Notes under the pieces: model-generated
The model's input: the letters and a program-made list of their open reading frames with translations, nothing else
Database searches by the model: none
What the model was told of the DNA's origin: nothing
In this document: positions 10,493 through 19,194 of the stretch, one piece after another
Layout of the letters: every line of letters starts with the position of its first letter
Numbering within the stretch: position 1 is the stretch's first letter
Program-made: the position numbers and the translations under genes
Origin: Deltaproteobacteria bacterium
GTDB taxonomy: Bacteria > Myxococcota_A > Polyangia > Fen-1088
Direction of reading: 5' to 3'
Length of the DNA stretch: 64,000 nt
Assembly (NCBI GenBank): GCA_033763315.1
Contig: JANRKS010000026.1
Span: 1-64,000, forward strand

Positions 10493-11544
10493 TGAGCCAC
10501 AAGCCCGGTGAGTCGCAGCGATTTACGAGCGCCGATGGCCCGGCACGCTTGCGCAGGGACCCCTTGACGGCACCTGTTGTGACGAAGCTTGTGAAGGCTC
10601 TGCCACAAGAACAAGAGCTTTCTGAATTTCAGCTTGCACGCGTGCACCGCAATCTGATGGCCCCGGTGCGCACGGGTCGGGGGCGATTGTATTTCGGCGT
10701 GCGCGCCACGGTGCTGGCGTCCTTGTTGATCGTGGGTGCCAGCGTGGGCGCGGCCGCTGCGATGGTGTCGGTGCGGTGGTTTCATCGCAGCGAGACTTTG
10801 GTGAAGCCAGCGGCCAGCCCAGCGCGTCCCAGCGGCAAAGCGAAACCGCGGCGATGGGCCAGGGTTGTTGAACCTACGCCGGTTGCCAGCCCCGTCGCAG
10901 AACGCGTGGCCACACCGGCGCCCACGGCTGCGGTACCAGTGACGCGCAGCAAGCCACCTGAAGTCGTGGTCCCGCAAGAGCCGCAAGTCCCTTCACGTGG
11001 CAGCTCTGCTTTTGCAACCAAATTGGGTCGCCCCGTCCCCGGGCTCGCTCCGCCCAATGCAACACCATCTGCCGTTGAAGAGGAAGCCGCGGCCATGTCG
11101 GGCGCGCTTCGCCTGCTTCGCGCCGGCGATCGCACGGCGGCCATCGAACAGCTGCGGCTTTATGTGCAACGTTTTCCCAAAGGCGCTTTCGCGGAAGAGG
11201 CGCAGGTGGCTTTGGTCTCTGCGCTGGTTGAAACAGGTGCGCATACGGAAGCTGAGGCGGCGTTGAACAAGGTCACTGGCGGCGCGTCTGCATCACCGGC
11301 TTTGCGATTGTTGCGCGCCGAACTTGAGTTTGCTTCGGTGTGCGCAGCGCCCTTGCGGCTGTTCGAGGATGTGCTTGCCAAAGCGCCCGCTTTGCGCGAA
11401 CGCGCGCTCTATGGCGCCGCGATGGCAAACGCACGTTGTGGCGATCGCGCGCGCGGCCAGCGGCTGATGCATGAGTTTCTCAAGGCGTTCCCACAGTCGC
11501 CGCGCAGGCACAGCGTTGAGAACCACCTTCACTCGATGGATTAA
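10492..11544 (+). CDS. Putative membrane-anchored anti-sigma factor with C-terminal TPR-like domain
   Basis: Coupled to sigma stop; one TM helix, Pro-rich linker, helical repeats YVQRFPKG / FLKAFPQS. Confidence 0.65.
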   Translation: MSHKPGESQRFTSADGPARLRRDPLTAPVVTKLVKALPQEQELSEFQLARVHRNLMAPVRTGRGRLYFGVRATVLASLLIVGASVGAAAAMVSVRWFHRSETLVKPAASPARPSGKAKPRRWARVVEPTPVASPVAERVATPAPTAAVPVTRSKPPEVVVPQEPQVPSRGSSAFATKLGRPVPGLAPPNATPSAVEEEAAAMSGALRLLRAGDRTAAIEQLRLYVQRFPKGAFAEEAQVALVSALVETGAHTEAEAALNKVTGGASASPALRLLRAELEFASVCAAPLRLFEDVLAKAPALRERALYGAAMANARCGDRARGQRLMHEFLKAFPQSPRRHSVENHLHSMD

Positions 11545-11550
11545 GACAGC

Positions 11551-12771
11551 ATGAAGCCCAACCTCAAACGTTCGATCAAGGCCGCCCTGTGGCTTTGCTG
11601 CTTGGCTGCAACGGCGTGCGACGTGACGTACGTGGTGGCCCCCGAAGTTGACGCTGCCAAACCGCCTCTGCCACCCACCGACGCTGGCACCACCGCCCCT
11701 GTGCCAACGCGCGATGTGCAAGGCGCAAAAGTGCCATGTTCCGAATGGGGCAAAGGGGCGCCCCTTATCGCCCCCGACCGCGCACTCGCCGCCCTCACAA
11801 ACGTTTTGTGGAGCGGCGACACAACCGCGCTCAAGGACGCGTTTGACGCCTACGAACCGGTGCTCACGAAGGGCACAACCGGCGACGCCTACTGTGTTGC
11901 ACTCCAGATGCTTGGCCGCCCCCGGGCAAATGAAGGTGTCAGCGCGTTCTACGTGCGATGGCTGAGCCTCAACAACATCACCCCGAAGGACGTGGCTAAG
12001 TACGGAACAACAACCTTCGATGCGGAAATCAAATCCACTCTCACCTTCGCCGTGGACACCACGCTCACCGCCAACAACACGTTTGGGCGGCTGTTCGGGA
12101 CCCCGAGGGAAATCAAATTTGCGCAGGGTGTGCCCGCGCCTCCGCCCACGTCACTGCCATACCAGGGACTAGCGGGTGCTGGTCTGCTCTCGGATGCGGC
12201 GGTCTTGGCAGCCTTCAGCGGCAGCGAAGCGTGGCCGTCACAGCGAGGCGCGGCCGTGCGTCGTGCTTTCCTGTGCGAGGTGCTGCCGCCAGAGCCAAGC
12301 CGCGACGTGACGCTCAAACCCGATGCTGCAATTCCCTTTCGGCAGTGGCATGAAAAGACGATGGCCACAGGCCAATGCGTCGGGTGCCACAAACTCATTG
12401 ATCCCATCGGCTACGTCCTCGATGTGTTCGATGCGGTGGGGCAAGCGCACGACATCGATCGCAACGGACATAAATTCGATCTCAGTGCCAATCTTTTGTT
12501 GCCGTCGGGTGAAACCCTACCGATGGCGTCTCCGGCGGAGCTCAGCAAAATCTTGGCCAACTCGCTCGACGCGAAAGCTTGCTACTTACAAAACTGGGTG
12601 TCCGCGTTTCACGCCGCCCGTGGTTTACAATTGGCTGTCGATGACGACGTGCTTCGCGCACGGCTCAACCAAGAAGCCAGGACGATCCACATCAAAAGCG
12701 ACTTCGCTCTTTCAGACACCATCGCCAGCGCGGCACGTCTGTCGTTCGAGCTTGTAACGTCAAGCCCGTAA
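11551..12771 (+). CDS. DUF1592/DUF1588-type lipoprotein with one CxxCH (shortened, orphan copy)
   Basis: Lipobox ATAC; SQRGAAVRRAFLC; CVGCHKLIDPIGY matches the three full copies in this window. Confidence 0.75.
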   Translation: MKPNLKRSIKAALWLCCLAATACDVTYVVAPEVDAAKPPLPPTDAGTTAPVPTRDVQGAKVPCSEWGKGAPLIAPDRALAALTNVLWSGDTTALKDAFDAYEPVLTKGTTGDAYCVALQMLGRPRANEGVSAFYVRWLSLNNITPKDVAKYGTTTFDAEIKSTLTFAVDTTLTANNTFGRLFGTPREIKFAQGVPAPPPTSLPYQGLAGAGLLSDAAVLAAFSGSEAWPSQRGAAVRRAFLCEVLPPEPSRDVTLKPDAAIPFRQWHEKTMATGQCVGCHKLIDPIGYVLDVFDAVGQAHDIDRNGHKFDLSANLLLPSGETLPMASPAELSKILANSLDAKACYLQNWVSAFHAARGLQLAVDDDVLRARLNQEARTIHIKSDFALSDTIASAARLSFELVTSSP

Positions 12772-12801
12772 GCGCGGCCAAGGCCGGTTCGGTGTCCGCC
12801 A

Positions 12802-13230
12802 TCAGAACGTGATGGTGACGGCGTCTGCGGAACGTGTAGCGACGCCGTGAAATACCACTTCGATGTTATTGCCGTCTGGATCTGTCACGAAGGCGGCGTA
12901 GTAGCCGGGGTGGTAGGGGCGAACGCCAGGAGCACCATTGTCCTTGCCTCCTGCCGCCGTCGCCGCCGCGTGAAACGCTTGAACCATCGCTTCATCTTTG
13001 GCCTGAAACGCAAGGTGCGTGCGTCCGGTCAGCTGGCCTTGCGCCGCCACAGACATGGTTGACGAAATGAATAACTCATCGGCCCAGAAAAAGCCTGGAC
13101 CGTCCCCACCGATGGGGATGTTCAGACAACGGAGCACAGCTTCGTAGAATCGGCGGCTGGCCGCTAGATCCCGCACCACCAGTTGAATGTGGTCAACCAA
13201 CCGTCCGCGAAAGAGCTTATTCGTTTCCAT
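12802..13230 (-). CDS. VOC/glyoxalase family protein
   Basis: DHIQL, HLAF, YHPGYYAAFVTDPDGNNIE. Confidence 0.9.
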   Translation of the reverse strand: METNKLFRGRLVDHIQLVVRDLAASRRFYEAVLRCLNIPIGGDGPGFFWADELFISSTMSVAAQGQLTGRTHLAFQAKDEAMVQAFHAAATAAGGKDNGAPGVRPYHPGYYAAFVTDPDGNNIEVVFHGVATRSADAVTITF

Positions 13231-13254
13231 GGCGGAAGTTTACACGCTCACCCG

Positions 13255-13413
13255 CTGGGGCTCATCTACAAGTTCCTCGTTCATCCAAGGATCACGGGCC
13301 ACGGTTCCACGCTTTATCAAACCGGTCTGTCCAGCACACGACGTCTCGACCTGATCTCGGTAAAGCCGTTTCGCAACGGCGCCGTTGCCATGCACTACCG
13401 CCGCGCGCGCTGA
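13255..13413 (+). pseudogene. C-terminal remnant of a RibD-C/dihydrofolate-reductase-family gene
   Basis: LGLIYKFLVHPRITGHGSTLY...RNGAVAMHYRR* resembles RibD_C C-termini; no N-terminal part. Confidence 0.6.
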
Positions 13414-13572
13414 GACTTGGGGCGGATGCCGTGTTTGCGCCGCTTGGCGTGATCGCGCGCGATAACACGCCGGCCCCACGGGTAGTGAATGTCGAGGCCG
13501 CTAAGCATGGCAGCGTAGTGTTTGCGAGACTCGTGCCTCTATCCGCGCTCGGATGGAATGCCTGACATTCGA

Positions 13573-15042
13573 TCACCGCAGCATGAATGGCATCGCGGGG
13601 AACGTCTTTGGAGAGACATCCTTCATCCCAATCTTGTAGGGTTGCCTGGAATTGGGAACGTTCGGCACAAAGTCACAGCTGTTCAACCGTTTCGCAAAAA
13701 CGGGCCCGCTATATAGCTCCCCGCCGTCGAGCACACGCAGAACGCGAGGAAGCAAGAAGCCACCGGGCGCACCCTTAACGGCCATGCGCTCGGGTGTCGC
13801 AATGGACAGTTGTGGACCATAGGTCAGCCATACAGGGTTTGTACACGCGGCATCCGCAAACTGCAGATCGACTCCACTCCATCCATAAGGCACGCATCGA
13901 ACCACATCGTCAGACGTCGTTGCCAGCATGCAAGGCGCGCCAGAAGACGCGGAAGTCACTCGATCGTCTTCGATCCTTGCAGATCCCGCTTTCCAAACCT
14001 TTTGAGTCAAACGCCCTTTCGTTTCATCCACCACCTCGACCGAAGCGAACCGGGCCAATGGCAACTCTGTGCCAAACGAAAAGGCCCCCGCCGCCACATC
14101 GGATGCAACACAGGTGTCGCCCTGCTTCTCGTAGGTTTGCACAAGTGGTTGACCAATCTCGTGCATCGCTATGACGCCCTCGAATCCTCTGGATTCTATG
14201 TAGCGAAAGTCGCCCAAGTTTTGCAGGCATTCTGGTCCCTCTATCGCACCGACTCGCGCTACCTCCTGACCACACGCCGGATCAGCAAACAGGTTGGTCG
14301 CACGCTCGGCACGCATCGTGGGTATGCAGCGCAGCCCTTCGCGCGTTTCAGCGGGCGAGCAATCGAAGCCACCTGTGGTGTCACGCAGACCGTATGGCTG
14401 CTGTGAGCCGTCTTCGCCTCGCAGGATCACGTCTGCGATCCCAGTCTGCGCAGGATCGACCATAGGCGTTGCCTTCACAAAGTCCTCTAAGTTCGCGGGC
14501 AGCACCTTTCGCAGCTGGGGGAGCATTTCTTGTGAAGCAGCCACGCAGGTTTCACCCGGCTTAACGAATCCCGAACCTAACGGAATCGCTGGCCCGACAC
14601 GAAAATACCCCGTGGTGCGCGAGCAATGAAGATCGAAGATGATTCCTAATGCGCCTTCTTGTGTGGCAGGCGTGCTCGGCAAGGCCTGCTCCTGACAGGT
14701 GGCATCGGTGAACCATTGCGGAACAGAGGCGCCTGCGGGAGCCTCCGTAAATAGCGCCGAAGCCCCTCCCAATGGCATGCAACGAATGCCGTTGTCCGTC
14801 TCAACGAATTTGCACAGCGTATTGAGTTTGCTGTCGTACCACCCCAAAGACACCGAAATGCCCTCGGCCGACTGTGCCAACATGGCTTTGAGTCGAGCGC
14901 CGCCTTTGGCCGCCTTCGCAAGTGGTGTTGTGGTACCGCCCCCGTCCGTCGCTCCGCCATCAGCCACGGCCAACTTGTCGTCCTGGTTGCACGCGGTTGC
15001 GAATAGCAACAGGCAGAAGCCCGCGAGGCGAAGGGTGTTCAT
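13573..15042 (-). CDS. Cys-rich lipoprotein with three internal repeats
   Basis: Lipobox ATAC; three C-x8-9-RC-x-P ... F-x-D-x-x-C units. Confidence 0.75.
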   Translation of the reverse strand: MNTLRLAGFCLLLFATACNQDDKLAVADGGATDGGGTTTPLAKAAKGGARLKAMLAQSAEGISVSLGWYDSKLNTLCKFVETDNGIRCMPLGGASALFTEAPAGASVPQWFTDATCQEQALPSTPATQEGALGIIFDLHCSRTTGYFRVGPAIPLGSGFVKPGETCVAASQEMLPQLRKVLPANLEDFVKATPMVDPAQTGIADVILRGEDGSQQPYGLRDTTGGFDCSPAETREGLRCIPTMRAERATNLFADPACGQEVARVGAIEGPECLQNLGDFRYIESRGFEGVIAMHEIGQPLVQTYEKQGDTCVASDVAAGAFSFGTELPLARFASVEVVDETKGRLTQKVWKAGSARIEDDRVTSASSGAPCMLATTSDDVVRCVPYGWSGVDLQFADAACTNPVWLTYGPQLSIATPERMAVKGAPGGFLLPRVLRVLDGGELYSGPVFAKRLNSCDFVPNVPNSRQPYKIGMKDVSPKTFPAMPFMLR

Positions 15043-15215
15043 CGCTCTATGATCACTGAACCCGCGATTTTCACAAGCCTGATGCCGCTCGGCTCCGTGA
15101 CTTGGTGAGTGGCGAAGACACTACAAACAAAGCGATTACGTTTTCGTTGGACGTTGCAGCGGCCCACCTGCCCGCGTGCGCTCACCATCGCCTCGTACGG
15201 TAAAGTACCGAGACA

Positions 15216-15920
15216 ATGATCTTCATCGTGGAGCTTATGGTTGATAGGAACGAGGTAGAAGCTTTTCGGAGATTCGAGCAGGCGGCGCCGTTGATCATGG
15301 AGCGACACGGCGGCGTTTTGCAGCGGGCGTTCGCCCGGGAAAGCCCTGCATCGGCACCGCTTGATGAAGTGCACATCGTTTATTTTCCGGATGAAGAAGC
15401 GTTTGCCCGCTACCGCGCGGATCCAGAACTTGGCGCCATGCAGCCGTTGCGCGATCGGGCCGTGCTATCGACCAAGATCAGCCGCGGCATCGACGTTCCC
15501 CTGGATCCAGCCCGGTCGACGCGTTTGCTGGTAAACATTGATGTGCCCGATGTACAGACGGCCACACGCTTTTATACCGAAGCGTTGGGGTTAACGGTGG
15601 GCCGCCGCATGGACAGCGAGTTCGTGGAGCTTCTCGGAGCGGCGGTGCCCATTTACCTGTTGGCGCAAAAGGCTGGTTCGCCTGCCTTTGGTGAAGACAA
15701 CCTCGGACGGCAGTTCAAGCGGCACTGGACACCACAGCACATGGATTTTGTCGTCCACAACGTTCATGAAGCCGTCGAGCGCGCCGTGCGAGCCGGAGCC
15801 GTGCTGGAGCAACCGGCGCACGATACACCGTACGGTCTGCTTGCCGTCCTGGCCGATCCTTTTGGCCACGGCTTTTGTCTCATCGAGTTTCGCGGACGCG
15901 GATACGACGAGCTCGTTTGA
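15216..15920 (+). CDS. DUF1330-like + VOC (glyoxalase) fusion protein
   Basis: N-term ERHGG/FPDEEAFARYRADP; C-term NIDV, HMDF, DPFGHGFCLIE. Confidence 0.75.
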   Translation: MIFIVELMVDRNEVEAFRRFEQAAPLIMERHGGVLQRAFARESPASAPLDEVHIVYFPDEEAFARYRADPELGAMQPLRDRAVLSTKISRGIDVPLDPARSTRLLVNIDVPDVQTATRFYTEALGLTVGRRMDSEFVELLGAAVPIYLLAQKAGSPAFGEDNLGRQFKRHWTPQHMDFVVHNVHEAVERAVRAGAVLEQPAHDTPYGLLAVLADPFGHGFCLIEFRGRGYDELV

Positions 15921-15966
15921 CGACTATTCGAGGGCGGAATCCCGAGCTCATGCAATGATCTTGTCG

Positions 15967-16551
15967 CTATTGAGATCGGGTATCGCCAACGCCTGCATCG
16001 TTCGGTTCGGCGGGAATCTCGACATTGGGGGGATCGAGAATGAAAGGCCGTAACGTGCATCCCATGTACGACATGGGGTTGGGGTTAGGTACCTTTTTGA
16101 ATGACAGCAGCAAGCTGCGGCCGTCAGTCAGCCCCACCCTCACCATGCAGGGGCCCACTTCGTTGATGTGGCTTGCCACATGCGCCACGGCACATGGAAC
16201 ATCATCCGCCTCAGGCGTGCAGCGTGCATCGACACAGTTGGTGGCCGTCAAGGTCGCAATGAGCGGACGTTGACCGGTGACGCGGATGAATGCGGTGGCA
16301 ACTTGCGAGGAGTCACAAGAATACTCGGGGCCAGGGCGTCCCCCGGCGCCTGGGATGCCTTGCAAAACACCAACATCCTGCCTACCAACATCAATGAACG
16401 ACCCAGCATCCTCACCAAGGGCGTCGGAGCGCCGGCCACCCGCGCCGCTTTGTCCCCCCATCGTTCCGGGATCTGAGTCGCTCTCAAGACAGCCGATGCA
16501 CGTCAAGAGCAGGGAACTGAGAATCAGAGGAGCCGGTCGGCACATGGGCAC
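15967..16551 (-). CDS. Hypothetical lipoprotein
   Basis: Hydrophobic N-terminus ending CIGC, Gly-rich linker, paired Cys. Confidence 0.55.
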   Translation of the reverse strand: MPMCRPAPLILSSLLLTCIGCLESDSDPGTMGGQSGAGGRRSDALGEDAGSFIDVGRQDVGVLQGIPGAGGRPGPEYSCDSSQVATAFIRVTGQRPLIATLTATNCVDARCTPEADDVPCAVAHVASHINEVGPCMVRVGLTDGRSLLLSFKKVPNPNPMSYMGCTLRPFILDPPNVEIPAEPNDAGVGDTRSQ

Positions 16552-16651
16552 ATTCTATCTGCGTTTGTTGCGAATACCTTGTACGACATCAAACAGCCAC
16601 ACGCCGCGTGGCGCCGTATCCAATGGACCCATTCGCGTGTAAGCTCAGGGT

Positions 16652-17311
16652 ATGCGCTTACTCCCTGGCCTGTGCCTTCTCCCATTGTTCGCCGTTGCCT
16701 GTGGAACAGCTCCCTTGGATGCGGAGCCAGGTTCGACACCTCAGGGGGTTGCATCAGAGGAACGTGAAGATGAGGCTGACCGTGCGAGGGGAACCGCCAA
16801 AGCCTCAGACGAAATTCCTTTTGTCGATGACGAGCCCGATGCGCCAGCGCCCTCGCCATCGGAACCCGCGGTGCCAAGCGAACCCAAGGATCCAATCGCA
16901 CCGATCGCCTCGGGAAAAGACGCGTGTTTGTTGTTCGGCTCGCTTGAGCAACCCGTGGTGGGCTTTCAGTCCGCCCGGTGGCAATACCAAGTGAAGGATT
17001 GCCAAAGCAGCGCTTGCTGGGACTTCTTTTCACTCGACATCGGGTGCAGCCTTAGCTTCCAGCACGACAACCTCTTGAAGACGTCAAAGTTGGATCCGGC
17101 TCTGTGCCGATCGGCCGCGCGCGTTTTCATCAGCCCGCGATTCATTGAAGCCACAAAAGCGTGTCCAATGATTGTGGCGCCCATCAACGAATCGTTCGAG
17201 GTCGAAGCTGCAACTCAAGTGCGCCGCAAGTTCAGCTTCTGCGAAACGCCCGACATGCAAGCCGCGCGCGCTTGCCTTCGCTGGGTGGCCGCAACCGCGT
17301 TCGGCGGGTGA
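16652..17311 (+). CDS. Hypothetical Cys-rich lipoprotein
   Basis: Lipobox AVAC, acidic/Pro linker, 8 Cys in the C-terminal domain. Confidence 0.65.
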   Translation: MRLLPGLCLLPLFAVACGTAPLDAEPGSTPQGVASEEREDEADRARGTAKASDEIPFVDDEPDAPAPSPSEPAVPSEPKDPIAPIASGKDACLLFGSLEQPVVGFQSARWQYQVKDCQSSACWDFFSLDIGCSLSFQHDNLLKTSKLDPALCRSAARVFISPRFIEATKACPMIVAPINESFEVEAATQVRRKFSFCETPDMQAARACLRWVAATAFGG

Positions 17312-17333
17312 CGCACGGCTGAGCATCTTACTT

Positions 17334-18260
17334 TCATCGGGGCGAAGACACGCGTGCGCTTTGCCGCATTCCTAAATGCGTTCCAAACACAGCGCGAACG
17401 CGTTCCGGCGTGCCCAGATCCACCCATCCACAATCGGGCAGCCTGGCCACCAACAGATCCGGCAACCGCGCCAGAACAGCGCGACTAAAGTCAACGCCTC
17501 CAAATGTCACGAACGCAAAGCGAAGCGCATTCCAGCGCCCCAACCTCACAGAGCCCCGCATTGCGTTTGTGGCCTTTGGCAAAGTCTTTCGAAAGGCTTC
17601 CATAAAGCCTCGCACCGTTCCCATGGTCACGAAGGTGCTCAACAAACCACCCTTCTTCATCAAGCCGAGCGCGACGCTCTTCGAGGGCTTTTCAACAAAT
17701 TTCCCAACGGGTGCGAGCAAACCGTGCTCGGCGCTCGCGATGGGCACAATCCATCCAAAGTCGGTTTTGGCGCTTAACGTGGGGGCGCCGAAGAGGACCA
17801 AGGCATCGCCCCTGCGAAGGTCGTTGAGGACACCTTCGGTCGCGTCGATGAAACGCCATGGCCGATCGAAATGATGATCTGATGGCATGACCACCACGTC
17901 GTCGTCGGGGTGCTGACGCTCAAGCATCGCCATCGGCAACAAAATGCCCATCGCCGTGCCACCACTTAAGGGTTGAACCACCAGCTTCACACCAGGAAAG
18001 TCATCGAGCTGAGACGCCGCGAGCTTGCGGTATGACTCACTAACCACAACCATCACACGGTCCGCGGCGGTGAGCCACAGCGCTCGCTTAACCGTGTTCT
18101 GTAAGGGCGTCCGGACTCCATCGAGACGCGCGTACTGCTTCGGAAGTGGCTGCCCACTCAGCGCAGCGGTGAGCTGGCCAAGTCGTGTTCCCCGCCCTCC
18201 GGCCAGCACAATGACCCAGGGCAGTCGCTTATGCTCGGACGAGGACGTTTCTGTGTTCAT
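17334..18260 (-). CDS. Mannose-1-phosphate guanylyltransferase-like sugar-phosphate nucleotidyltransferase
   Basis: LAGGRGTRL, PKQY, PSDH, FVEKP, GWVDLGTPER. Confidence 0.85.
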   Translation of the reverse strand: MNTETSSSEHKRLPWVIVLAGGRGTRLGQLTAALSGQPLPKQYARLDGVRTPLQNTVKRALWLTAADRVMVVVSESYRKLAASQLDDFPGVKLVVQPLSGGTAMGILLPMAMLERQHPDDDVVVMPSDHHFDRPWRFIDATEGVLNDLRRGDALVLFGAPTLSAKTDFGWIVPIASAEHGLLAPVGKFVEKPSKSVALGLMKKGGLLSTFVTMGTVRGFMEAFRKTLPKATNAMRGSVRLGRWNALRFAFVTFGGVDFSRAVLARLPDLLVARLPDCGWVDLGTPERVRAVFGTHLGMRQSARVSSPR

Positions 18261-18463
18261 GGCGCGCTCCCTACGGTTGAAAGAAATTCATAGAGCGATC
18301 TCAGCTCGTTTGACTCAAGAATAGGCGCACCTACAATGCGGTCTATTAGATAAATCACGTGTGATAGTTCGCAAAAGACGATTCCACAAAACGCCGATTT
18401 CTGAGGCGAATGCGGAATAAAGACGGACGGCCTTTCGTTATTTCCTCAGAAAGGAGCGATGAT

Positions 18464-18850
18464 ATGAACGTGAACGGTTCCCCAATCCGCACCACCACGA
18501 AGACCCTTTTGCTCGCCCTCACGATCGGTGTTGCAAGTGCGAGCGCAAGTGCTGCTTTTGCAGACGAGTTGCCCACCGCAACGGTGCAGGACTACGAAGC
18601 CAAGGCGCGTGTATTTCACGACAAGGCGAACGGCTACAAATTAGAAGCTGCCGAAAATCGAAAGGTGGCGAAAACGTATCGTGAAGCCACAAACGCCAAA
18701 GGGCGACGGTTGAATTCGCCAGAGTATCTGCGCTTGGCTGCGGACCTTGAAAAAATGGCGAAAGACGACGAAGCCTTGGCCAAGGACGCGGAGCGCGTCG
18801 CCGCGTTCTATGAACGTCAAGCAGCGAAGCTCAAACAAGAGTCACGCTAA
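18464..18850 (+). CDS. Hypothetical secreted helical protein
   Basis: AAGGAG RBS; signal peptide ending AFA; charged coiled-coil. Confidence 0.7.
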   Translation: MNVNGSPIRTTTKTLLLALTIGVASASASAAFADELPTATVQDYEAKARVFHDKANGYKLEAAENRKVAKTYREATNAKGRRLNSPEYLRLAADLEKMAKDDEALAKDAERVAAFYERQAAKLKQESR

Positions 18851-18889
18851 TCTTAAGAACGCTGCCTTCCAGCAACGCTTTTGCCGATG

Positions 18890-18959
18890 GTGCGGCCGGC
18901 TGAGTTCGCGGACCCCAGAACTGCCGTTCGGGGTGGGTTCAGTCTCAGTTCGGCCGCGC
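18890..18959. repeat. Long imperfect inverted repeat (hairpin)
   Basis: GCGGCCG/CGGCCGC, CTGAG/CTCAG, ACCCC/GGGGT, GAAC/GTTC nested stems. Confidence 0.6.
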
Positions 18960-19104
18960 TGACGTAGGGCCACAGGCTTGTTCAGGCTTTCGACCGCTGC
19001 GCATCCAGAATGGACATATCTCAGGAGACGATCTCCCCAAAAAGCGTCCTTCCAACCCTCCTTCCGCGTTTTGCCCCCAGCTTTCCCCGCGCCACAGTGA
19101 TAAC

Positions 19105-19145
19105 TTACTAGTACTAAATAGTACTTAACGGTACCAGTTGGTATT
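19105..19145 (+). promoter_or_regulatory. AT-rich operator: palindrome AGTACTA-AA-TAGTACT with 10-bp-phased GTAC boxes
   Basis: GTAC at 19111, 19121, 19131 (GTAT at 19141), about 55-85 bp upstream of the DUF1592 start. Confidence 0.6.
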
Positions 19146-19194
19146 GCAGGTCAATTGGCGGCGCGCGGCTGCCCGATCCCGAGGAGGTAGTTCG

